A DNA stretch of 64,000 bases. Origin: Antechinus flavipes (Eukaryota). Positions 49,397 to 61,400 of the stretch are shown piece by piece. Both the position numbers and the translations under genes were made by a program. Below the pieces are notes generated by a model. The model was not told the origin of the DNA and searched no databases. It saw only the letters and a list, made by a program, of their open reading frames with translations. How positions within the stretch are numbered: position 1 is the first letter of the stretch; each line of letters opens with the position of its first letter. Location: the NCBI RefSeq assembly GCF_016432865.1, contig NC_067399.1, positions 158,534,001 to 158,598,000 of the forward strand, in the 5' to 3' direction.

Positions 49397-51982
49397 CTAC
49401 AAAGGGCAATAATGTATAGGCACTTTGAAGAGCTCTTTAAATAGTAACGTGACTTGTGAATAGCACCCATATCAATGGTCAGGACTTTTTTCCTAGAACC
49501 TTTGCCTGGGACAATTTGACATAGTGAACACAGAGTTGGACATGGAGTCAGAACATGAATTTAATTCTTGATTTTGATACGTCATTTAGGACAAATCCCT
49601 TAAATCTTTCTAGACTCATGTTTCCTCATTTGTAAAATGAGAGGAACTTCAACACCTCCTTTAGTTCTTATTTATTACTTTATTATTTCCCCCCAAATGT
49701 TTTATTTAATTTGATCTGCCCACAGTGTCCTGGCCACTGTTGCTCTGGGAGTCAAAGCTGCTTTTCCTACATTGAGTTCTCAAAGTTCCTCATTCTTTCC
49801 TCTCTGAGAACTCTAATTACTCAAAACTTAACACCATGGCATAGTAGGTAGGCACTAGTCCTGGAGTCATGAGGAACTGGGTTCAAAGACTAAAGAAACT
49901 TATTATCTTTGTGACTCCTGGTTAAATTATTTTACTTCTTTGTGCCTTGGTTTCTTTATTTATAAAATGAGGGGCTTAAACTTTATAAGAACACTTCTAG
50001 ATCTAAATCTATGTCCCTATAATCTTCATTCTCTATTGCCTTAGTCTTTCCCCTTTGCCAATCAGAAATTCTAAGCAAACTCACTACAAGGATCTTTGTT
50101 ACTTGCCTATTCAGTGGAAACTCCCCAGTTCAAGCTCCTCCAGAATTCCATACGTAATTCCACACGATGGAAAGAGCTCATTCTAATATTCCTCTCATCT
50201 GGAGTCATCAGGATCAAATAAAATATTTGTAAAGCGCTGAACATGGTACCTTATACATAGTAGGTACTTAATAAATGAATGCCTATCTCCTCCCCCACCT
50301 AAGTCTCATGGTTGTGGTGGGGTGGGGAGGGAGTCCCCTCTAGTAATATGAGTTCATGGAAGCTTTTTGTCATTCAAAATTGGTGGAAGAATCATTCATG
50401 TCAGTTCTAGCTGGCTCCAAATAAGCTACTCACCTGGGGCTTAGACTCTTTAATGTGAGTCATGAGTTAAAATTTTGTAAGTATCCTGAGAGTAAATGGG
50501 AACCCTTTATTGCTTGGTTTTCAAGGGAAAATGTGTCTAAATAATTTCATAGTCCTCTTATCATCTGTGTGATTTTATGCAAGTGACTGTAAAAGGAGGC
50601 TAGATGAACTAAAGATTATATTTATTTCCAAATCTATAAACTTATTTAGATGCAAAACTTAAATGTTCAAGAGTTGCCTGTAAACTTCCAGAAGGCAGAG
50701 ACCCATATACTAATGGCTTTGGATCTTCTATAATTCTAAAATTGTCAACTTTTATAAAATATCACCAGGACCTTTGTTCCCTTACCTGATCCTTTCTGAA
50801 CACAATACCAGAAAGTTGTTACTTGATCTGAAGTTGGTTCCTAATCCATTCTGATTCTATCATGTCATAAGCCCTAGGGATTCAAGTTAGAGCCAAAGAG
50901 AACTGATTTATTCATAAACTCTGTATTATCTTTGAGTAGATAGTTCACACATTATCAAATCAAATGAAAAACCATGTAAATTAATTGGATCTAATAAAAC
51001 TTTTTTTTGTTTTTCCTTAGACAATAGTATCATTATTTTTTCATGTTTACCAATAGTGATAACACTTTAAAACACAGAAATACAAGTATCTAAATTCATA
51101 AGGTTATCAGAAAACAGAGAAATGCATGCTCTCAGTTCTGTTAAAGATCTAACTAACACAGGCAATTGGGACAGCTCTGCATACAAGTTGTATGTAGTAC
51201 TTTACAACAAATTGCAAAACGAACATGGAAAAAAGACAAACGGTTAATAATACTTATACAGAAATGACAAAATTAGCTGAATTCAATTAAAAAGGTAACA
51301 AATTTTTTTTCCTTGTGGTTTCACCATTTGTACATTTCAAAACCACAGGAAGGGGAAAAAAACCCACAATGTATTGAAGAATAAAACCTCTTTATAAACT
51401 TTAAATTTTCTGTCCCTTTGAAAACTGGAGTCCCAGAGTCTGTACATGAATAAGAACAGGAGAGGCATTTTCCAATTGCACACTTCTGTTTTCATATACT
51501 TTGCTATAGCAGGAAGCATCATGGCACCTTTTATAACTCAACAGACCAAACTCAGAAAATGTTACAGCTTGACTCTGAACTGAATTCAAAACATAACTCA
51601 ATTCTGCTTTTATTGCTATGTTCCTGTAATATGGTATTGGACCAGGAACATCCAAAGTTAGGCATTCTCACAATTAGATTTATACTGAGTATGAAATAAG
51701 ATTGACTCCCAAAATATATGGGAAGGGAGGCAAGAGCAAGCTTTTCAAGACAACTCCTAGGATATTAAATGTATTCTTCTCATATTTCCTTTTGTACTAA
51801 TTCAATTATTAATTTTATTCCAATCACCAGAGCATGTGCCATTAACATAAAAACAAAAAGAGGACTTACATTCACCCTAAAACATTTGAACACATACTTA
51901 GTTGGATTGTGAGCCCTGAGGACATTTAGAAGCTACATTGATATCCCAGTGTTGTTGGACTCTTGCTAATACACAACAAATT

Positions 51983-52090
51983 TCTCTCTCTCTCTCTCTC
52001 TCTCTCTCCCTTCCTCCCTCCCTCCCTTTTCCCTCCCTGCTTGCCTCCCTTCTTCCCTCTGTTTCTCTTTTGCTGCTTTTCTTTCTTTCA
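51983..52090. repeat. (CT)n and pyrimidine-rich low-complexity tract
   Basis: Direct reading. Confidence 0.9.
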
Positions 52091-52749
52091 CCCTTTCTAC
52101 TTTCTTATAGTGTCATGTGTTCTTCAAAACCATATTTAATTTTTAATTCACAGAATAAAATCGATCATTTCCCTTTTTTCCCTTTTCCATCGTCCAACAT
52201 ACTTCATTCTAAGATAATTATCTTTTTGGCTTTTGCACCTAAAATAGTCTCGTTAATGTTTTTATTAGATAGTAGAAAGATATGGGGGAAGAGAGAAATG
52301 AAAGTATACTATCAAAAGTTTGAACCAGATTTCTGAACTGCTTATGATTTTCTCAGTCACGATCTGTGAAGATGATCCCTCTAACCATCTTTCAGGACTA
52401 GTTATAGAAGAACCTAGTTCTAACTCCAGTTCACATGGCTGTGTTTGATGTCCCTGAAACAGATGACTTGGAGTATCCTCTAAAGTAGGAAATGGTCCCA
52501 GCCTCCCCATCTCTTATGCTGTGATTCACTGTCTCCCCCTCTCGACTTCCTGTCTATGCTGCTGGCACTGAATCTTGAAGGTATCCATCTGTGTTCCAAT
52601 TATCACTTCAGATAAATCCCAGCCTGTGTGCTATCCCTGTGGAACTTGCCCACTCTACAAAAAACTGCTGTCCTATAAAGTACTCATTCTCATTCTTAGT
52701 TAGTTACTTGTTTCATTTGCTATACAAAATGCATCTTTCTATATAGGTG

Positions 52750-52817
52750 CTCTCTCTCTCTTTCTGTCTTTGTCTCTCTCTGTCTCTCTCTCCACACACA
52801 TACACACACACACACAC
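52750..52817. repeat. (CT)n-(CA)n compound microsatellite
   Basis: Direct reading. Confidence 0.9.
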
Positions 52818-53089
52818 GTAAGATCTCAAAGGACTCAAATTCCTGAAAATTTTTCTATTCTCATTTTTGGGGGTTGAGGTAAAGAAATTGGGAAGGACAT
52901 TTAAGCAAGAGGGAAAAAAAAACAGCTATTATGACTAGAAAGCACATTGATGTATTAACCTTTTATTTTTAAATTAAAGTCCAACTCATTTATGATATCT
53001 GTAAGATGTTGGGAAATATCTTTATTGATCATCTCTGAATGCATTCAGCCTGCTAGGTTGATGTGTTTTTCTGACTTATCTCTATCCTC

Positions 53090-53240
53090 CAATTTCTAAG
53101 GCATTCCATTATGAAGAAATAGATGGAGTATAGATCTAGTAGTGATATGGCTTGGTCAAAGGACATGCACAGTTTAGAAACTTTTGGGATCTAATTCCAA
53201 ATTGCTTTCTAGAGTGTTTAACACTTCATGACAGAGAGAT
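53090..53240 (-). mobile_element. L1 ORF2 3' remnant
   Basis: tagatctagtagtgatatggcttggtcaaaggacatgcacagttt...ttccaaattgctttctagag is the reverse of the L1 PFDPAIPLLG region. Confidence 0.65.
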
Positions 53241-55179
53241 GATAAACTAAATTTTATGATGCAAGGATCCTTCCTTCCTTTTTTCTTCCTTCCTTCCTTT
53301 CTTCTTTTCTTCCTTCCTTCCCTTTTTTCTTCTCTGTCTTNNNNNNNNNNNNNNNNNNNNNNNNNNNNNNNNNNNNNNNNNNNNNNNNNNNNNNNNNNNN
53401 NNNNNNNNNNNNNNNNNNNNNNNNNNNNNNNNNNNNNNNNNNNNNNNNNNNNNNNNNNNNNNNNNNNNNNNNGGGTAAAGATGGGGGGAGGAAAATATGC
53501 TTGATAATTGAAATAAAATTGAATTTCATTTCTTAAAAAAAGAAATGGGTAGGTTGTTCTTGAAGATTTGATGTGATTCTTTTCTGGGAGGACCTTAGGA
53601 TTTGGAATAGAGTTTCTTTGTGGTCATTATTTCTGCTAGAGGTCTCGCTCATCAAATTGCAAACTTTTCCTAAATGAATTGTTAACTTTTGTATTTCATT
53701 AAAATCAGTTTTTTCCATTTTGTGCTATGTCTCTTTCACTAATCTGTTCTCTCTTATGATTGGTGATTTCTGAATAATATCATAGATATTAAAGTCATTG
53801 ACATTCTTAGGAAGAGAGGCATATCAGCAAATTGGTTTGCATTATCTTGTGAGTGGGGCAAATATTTTAGGGACTGACATAAAACATTTTTTTTTCGGCA
53901 TCATGACTTGGCAAATATATATGCTTCCCTTCCCCAAAAGTAGCCATTAAAATAATCTATAGCACTTTTTATGTATTTCTTCAGACAATTGATTCATTGA
54001 AAGTACTCAACCTGTCAGTGGAAGGAGGGGAGGATAGTGAGAGTATCCTGAGCTTATCAGGAAAATGCTGACTGCTGGGTTTTTAGCAGGTCTAGTTGCA
54101 AAGTTGTGTGGAGGATTGCCTCATCATATCTGCATTCATTGCATATTTTTTGAAGTAATACCTAAGAGAAAACCAGTTGATATCTAACCAGAGAAATGCC
54201 TGATAAAAACATGGAAATATCATTTAAAATAGCTCTTTCACTTGACAAGAGAGGATGAGGCAGTAGAAAAGGGCCTTGGAGAATATTAGGAGGACTTTCT
54301 GATATTTATTTTTTTAGATCCCAAAATTTAAACTTGGTCTGCTAAAGTAAGAAAAATTTCATATGCCAGGCAGAAATCAGAATGACTTGGGCTCCAAGGA
54401 GAAAGAAGATAATTGGTTCACAGAACCTGTATAGGAGGAAAACTCTCCATTCCCAACATGTGATTGCTTAGAGAATCACTGATTTTCAGAGTTGTGAGGG
54501 ACTTTAAATTTCTACCCCAAGGTCTTCATTTCATAGATAAGAAACAGATCCCAAGAGAATAAGGGCCTTATTCACAGATTCACAAAAGTATTAAATGTCT
54601 AAGTCTGGATTCAAAACCTGTTAACTCTAATTCCCAATACAGCTCTCTTTCCATTGGGTATCACACCCCTGCCCAGGGTGGTTTAGTAAGAAGTGTAAGA
54701 TCAGTGGGCAAACAAAAATAACTAATTTGATAGATTTATCTTTGTAAGAATGTAAATTTCTTGAGGGCAGGAACAGTTTTGCTTTTGTCTTCCAAATGAC
54801 TTGAAGATGGTGAGCTCTTCTTAACAGTATGTTGAATTGAGTTGAATTCAAGTTTTAAAAATTCATAGGATTTAGAAGTGGAATGGCCCTTGGAGCTCAG
54901 TTGGCCTAATCTTATTTATAGATGAGGAAATTAAAGTTCAGAGAATGGAAAGGACTTGGCCAAGATATTCCAGGTAGAAAATGGGGCTGCTAGGACACAA
55001 ATAGCTCTTTAGATTTTAGGCTTCTTCAGGATAACTATTGTTAATGTGTGACTTACATCTCCAAGAAAAATAACATTAGACCAGTCCATCCTAGTTTAAA
55101 TTCTCTAGTTCCACAAATACATTAAAATATATAAATACTGTTTTCCATATTTCTTGTTTTCTATTTATGCTGGGAGTAC

Positions 55180-55530
55180 AAATGCAAGCAAGAATGTTTC
55201 TGAAACTAAAAAATTAGGAGAACAACATGGAGAGGGAAGCTTTTTTTTGGGGGGAGGGGAGATGATGAACAAAGTGGCATGGTACAGAAATGGGTAGGAC
55301 AAGGTTTAGAGGCCTGATTCCTGCAACATGAAAGCTCAGGTGTCAGAACTAGAGATCCAAGGAGCAGAGTCCAATGGTAGGGTAGGAAATGAGAATGAAG
55401 GCTAGTGTGGAAGCAGCATGGTAAGGAGATAGCCAAAATAAATGTAGTATAGAAAAAACAGGTTAGAAATGTTACTGGGTAATGTAAATTTAGACATGGC
55501 ATGAAATTAGAATTCAATATTCAGGAATAA
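55180..55530 (-). mobile_element. L2 fragment
   Basis: Purine-rich reverse L2 motifs (aatgtagtatagaaaaaacaggttagaaatgttact). Confidence 0.45.
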
Positions 55531-56970
55531 TAGAAAAATTGCTAGAAATTATCTTCTGTACACATACAACACACATACACACACACACACACACATCTTA
55601 AATACTGATGTTCATTACAATTTTGTCAATACATTCTCTTTCTTATTTTGTTGGCAGCCAGCTACCATTGAGCTTTGTCTTTTTAAAAAAAACTTTAAAC
55701 ATATTCAATATATTGTAGCTGGATATAAATCTCAATTTATCTCAGTCTCTAAAAAATAAGAACTAAAATCTGCTAGAGAAGAAAGGCTAATATTAGATGC
55801 TCATTTTGTCCCATGGATGACATATTTCAGAATGGTGAAAGTGACAGCTTTGTAATCTAATATTAAGATACCAATACATTATAGCACAAGAATGAATGTG
55901 CTTTTCTCACTTTGGTTAATCAATAGCAGGGTTTTGGTCTATCTCTATTCCTTATGGTCATCAGAATCTTATGATCTCTAATAAATTATATTGGGACGAC
56001 CTTAAAATTGTGATCAAATAGTGTATTTGTATATAATGTAAATGTCATGGCTAAATAATTTATTTTCTTTAGGAAAAATAACATAAGAATTTCTTAATGG
56101 ATCATCAATTTTTCAAAATGATATTCTTTACATGACATCATTTAGTATGGTTATGTTGCTAAACAATAGAATCACTTGGGTGAATTGTATCCTATGGGGC
56201 CAAGAAAATAGCAGATGTATTCTTCAACTCTTGGTCTCACTATTGTCTTTTCAATAAATATTCTTGGGACTTAGAAACATACTTTTAAAAGTCATTGGGC
56301 ATTTATTAAAAGTCAAGGATAAAAGTGACTGTGCTTGACTTTGCCTCTTAATTCCAAGAATTCAGTCCTTCAATTCATTTCTATACACATGACAAACTGT
56401 CCTAGATTTTGGTCCACAAGTTGCCACTATTCAGAAATGGAGGAGGCCTCTTGGGCATTTTTTTTTTCTCAGGGATTGAGCAGTTGCTAAGTAGTAGTGA
56501 TTGAAATTCCATACCTTTGCAATGGGGGAAATGAATTCAACGAATCTCTTTTAAAACAAGGAGTTCAGTTTTTGGCTCCTGAAACTCCAAAAAGTTTCCC
56601 TGAGATTAATACAGGACCAGACTCTGGCAAAGGTCTCTATTCCTAAAGAGAACTGCCAAAAAGATAAGGATCAATAACAGGATTCCAAGCATAGATGTAC
56701 CAAGAGAGTCTAAACTATATGTTAACCATTGTGTATCTCATTTTTTTTTTTTTTACAATGCATGTCTCTGAGAGCATAGATAGTTCTACCCAAAACATTT
56801 CACAGATAAAACAGAATTTCAAGGAATTAAAATTACTTGTCCAAGGTTACAGTTAGTGGTAGATTGAGTTAGTGGCAGATTAACATCCTGATTTCTGGAC
56901 TGCTAGGTCATTGCTATCTCAATTCTACCACAAAGTCCTTACTGAATACCTGCATTCAAAAGCATAGGAA

Positions 56971-57004
<34 letters not shown>

Positions 57005-58499
57005 TGCTGCCATGTCTCTCCCATGATTAGGAATTAAAACATACTTATTTTTCTTTCTTAGGCTACACTGTATTGTTGTTAAATGAGCTATCCATTCTTG
57101 CCAGTATCCACTTTTGATTCTTCATAGCTACAATCACTGTTATGCTTGGACTGATTTATCAGCACCCAGCAATAGTATTCTATTTGGGTATCTTCAACCC
57201 AGTGCTCAAGTATAGTGGGATCATCTTGGAAAGTTGGAAAAATCTGCAAAACATTGAGGTGTATCAGCACTATCTTCAATGAAGCATGTGGTACTAAAGA
57301 AAGTAAGGGAAGAGGAACATATCAGGTTTTGAAAAGGGGGATGATTACTTTCCAGACCTGCTGAATCATAAACAATAATTCTGAGAAGAAATGATAAAAT
57401 AATTGACATCAATTTCCCTGAGAATGCACAGGAGAAAACTAACTACTGGCTCTAGTCATAGTCTTGTCTTGGAATTAGTATATATAATAGTAAGTAATGT
57501 GTTATAAGTAGCCTGTCAACCAGTGTTAAAATATTTAAGGAATAGAATTCCTTTCTATAAAAAAAAAATAAAAAGTTAAAAATTCTGGTCAGTATCTTAT
57601 TTTTGGATAAATTCTTTTTAAAAAATCCTATAAATTGTTTAAAAATTTATTTCCTTTTCCACTCAAAAGGCACATTAGGTACAAACTCTTCTGGATGGAT
57701 TCACATGATTTTTAACTGATCCATTTCTCCATAGAATTTCTAGGAATGGAAACCTTTTACTGCCTTCTTCTTGTTGTATTTATTTATTTATTTTTTCCTG
57801 AAAGACTATCTAGCTATAGGGAAATTGGAGGATTATTCAATGGGTTACCCATATCACTTTAGCCTATTAAAATTTAAATAACTTGTAGATTTTAATTTTA
57901 TGATGGCTAGCTTCTCTGGTTGGCAATAATTTCTTTGGAGTAGATCTTTTTTTCCCAGGGAATATACCATTCTTAAGGAACAGGAAATCAACAGAGCATT
58001 TTTAGAGCTGAAAGGGACTTTTAAGGATGACCTAGTTCATCATCTCACTTTAAGGTAAAAGGCTAAACCAAGTTGATGATATTATATCCTCCTTTAAAAG
58101 ACCTTTGCTAAAAAAAAAAATAAATAAATCCTTTGCTGATACACAGCATGAGCTAATTAAAACTCTAATTTTCCTTGCTACCTGATACAGAACAAATGGT
58201 AATATGGATCACACCATTGTATCTCAATACTTGACACTTCTCTATATAGTAGGCTAGGCTTAGTACTCTTGCATGATACACATCTGAATGATGGGCAGAC
58301 CACCACCTCTAGCTGCAAAGTCCTATCTTTCCTGTTTGAAGAAATTCTTGTCGATTTTTCATCTGACTTTCTACCAAGCTTTTTGGACATGGAGTATGTG
58401 TGTCTGGTGTGTATACTACTCTTAGTACAATAACAATGGCAAGATAAGTCTCATGTGAATCATTTTTATCATGAACACATGACCATTCGTACAAACTAT

Positions 58500-61400
58500 T
58501 TATTTTGTCATAGAATCATAACATCTCTGTCAAACAGATTAACATGAACATACCATCTTAGATTAGAAAAATGCTAATGGCTATGTCATGTAAGCAAGAA
58601 AGTTTTCCTATGATTCATTCAAATTCCTTATGTTATAGGTTAAGTCCAAATGTTTTCCATTGTGAATTAAACTGATAATAAAATGTTTAGAAGTTAGTCT
58701 ACTGTCATTTTTGCCTTTCTTATATCTTCATCATACCTATATCTTTGTGACTTTTTTCCCCTTAGTCTTCCCAAACAAAAAAATTTCTGCCAAAAAGTCA
58801 GTATTAAGATGGTCATAATCTATTTGTACCATATCATATAAATGCAGTAATTAAAGATGTGGACCATAATCAATGGACCACATTACCCTTCCCCACAAGG
58901 GAATAATGCTAGAATAGAAGCTCCTTTAGGGCAGGGACTATATTTTGGCTTATCTTTTCAAATCTAGTGCCTGGCACATTGTAGACATATAAAAATGCTT
59001 ATTGGATTGGATTTGCAGGCTTCAATGAATAACAAGGAAAGATATATACTAAATATCCATTTTCCTTATGAATCTATATGTGCATGATCTATCTTAGAAA
59101 TTTAGTACTGAAAAATGAAATAATTTTGATAAACATAATAGTTTAAATAGAAAAGAATATTTTTTCAGCAATGAATATTACTGATGTTTCAGTAATAAAA
59201 CTACAACTATGATGAAAAATGATATCTTACCTGCTCAGAAACTGTAGACTGATTAAATATCTCTGGAAACAAACCACAGTGAATATTTTCTTTCAAGTAC
59301 ATCAAAGCCTGGAGGAATATTAGTGAGTATAGAATAAAGGTTTGGTATTTAGCAATTGAAAAACAAGCCTACCTTCAAAAAGCTATGGTTTTGAAACAAA
59401 ACATCTGTTCTCAAAAATAAAGCCATGATGAACCTGAGAATGCAGTTTGGTTTTTTTCCTGTTTCAAAAAAAAAGGATTAGTTCTGATACCAAAAACTCA
59501 TTCTCATGCAAATACACACTATATTTTTAGTTAAGAGCTCTAGGATTTCTCTTAAGAAACCTGTCTAAAAAAATAAGCACAAGGATTCCATAGGTGCCCA
59601 AGACTCAACTCATTTCATTGCATGATCCATATGCAATTCTATTGAACCAGAGTTACTGGTCTCTACCACATCCAGAAAACCAGATGAAGATTAAAAACTA
59701 CTCTCTGTAACCTAGGTTCAGAGTGGAAACTTACTAATCTAAAACTCCATTTCTAGTGAGTAGAAAAATATTTAACATACAAGCATAATTGTATGTACAT
59801 ATATAAGCTTAATTTTATGTACATGTTAATCATTTATGAAAATCCAACTAGGGAAATTATCCTTCTTTTAGATAGCAAACCCTAAAAGAGATCATCCTCT
59901 CTTTAATCCCTTACAAAAAAGGGAAGAAAAATTGTAGCTCTACACTAGCTCATAATCTCTGAAGAATGTTTAATAATTTTCAATAGTCTTATTCTTGTAA
60001 CATTCAACATTGTATGTTAAAGAATAACCGATTGGAAAGAGTATAGTGGAATTTTAATGTTCTGACATCTTCTGAAAATTTTACTACAGGGAAATCATTT
60101 TTTGCTGTGTAGTTATGTAGTTCTACCTTTCCATAGAATCAGTTCCCAGCTTCTCCTCTACTTTCAGTAAGATACTCTGGGAAAGAGTTCCTATGGATTT
60201 AGAACTGTGCTTTGATTGGTTACAACTTTATTAGAAGAAGCAGTTTGGGATAGTAGATGGAGGGCTGACTTTGGGTCAGAAAGACCTGAGTTCAAATCTT
60301 ACCTTTGAACATGAGCAAGTCACTCAACTTCTCAATGCCCTAGGATGCTAAGTTTGGGAAGAGTTGCTGATCTACATTGAGAGAGAAAGCTTCCACACTG
60401 GAAGTCCTCTACTTTGAATAAATCACTGGATATACAAATCTTATGAGAAAAGAGTTCAAGATCTACTTTATGACAATAGTTACATGATACAGTGCATTTG
60501 GATGCTTATAAACAAACAGTATGATTGACCNNNNNNNNNNNNNNNNNNNNNNNNNNNNNNNNNNNNNNNNNNNNNNNNNNNNNNNNNNNNNNNNNNNNNN
60601 NNNNNNNNNNNNNNNNNNNNNNNNNNNNNNNNNNNNNNNNNNNNNNNNNNNNNNNNNNNNNNNAAAGGAGAAATGAGACTCACAATTGCAGACCATGCTG
60701 TTCAAAACACAATATTAGTATGTCACATCTATTATACAGTAGTTATTATGATGAAATGAACAATTAATTGGATCTACCCAATTCTTTGACATGAAAAGAA
60801 TTAGTCAATACTTTTGGCACAAAGCAATATATATGCTCCATGCCTACCAAAAACATACCCAGCTGGTATTTTTTCATTCTTACTACCTGAATGTTTTCAT
60901 GAACAATTAAGTAAAGGTATAAAACTACCCTTCATATATTCGTTGCAAATTAGATATTACCCCCTGTTTTGTGGACCCCGAACCAACTGAGATAGTGTGT
61001 TATCACCTGCATATCTAAAATTTTCAACTTTCCTTAAAAAACAAAAACAAAAAACAACCAACAAAAAATGCTTTTGGGAATTTTTTTAGACTACATGCTT
61101 ATAATATGGATTATTTAACATATACAAAGCCACAAATCCAGAGCATGCATATTCATGGCCTTAAAATAGAGAGTTTAGAATACAAAGGCCAAGAAAAAAC
61201 ATCATTAAAAAACATCCTTCACCCATCCACCCTCCACCCCCACATATTTTCTGTTGTAAATACAAAACATGTATCTACAAAAAAGTGCACTATTTCTAAA
61301 AATGCAGGTACAGAGTTTTCCTTTGGTAGGGGCAAAAGCTACTTGGTTCCTTTATCACCTTTCTCCTGTCTGCTTCTTAATTCTTTCTCAGGGTCCAAAT

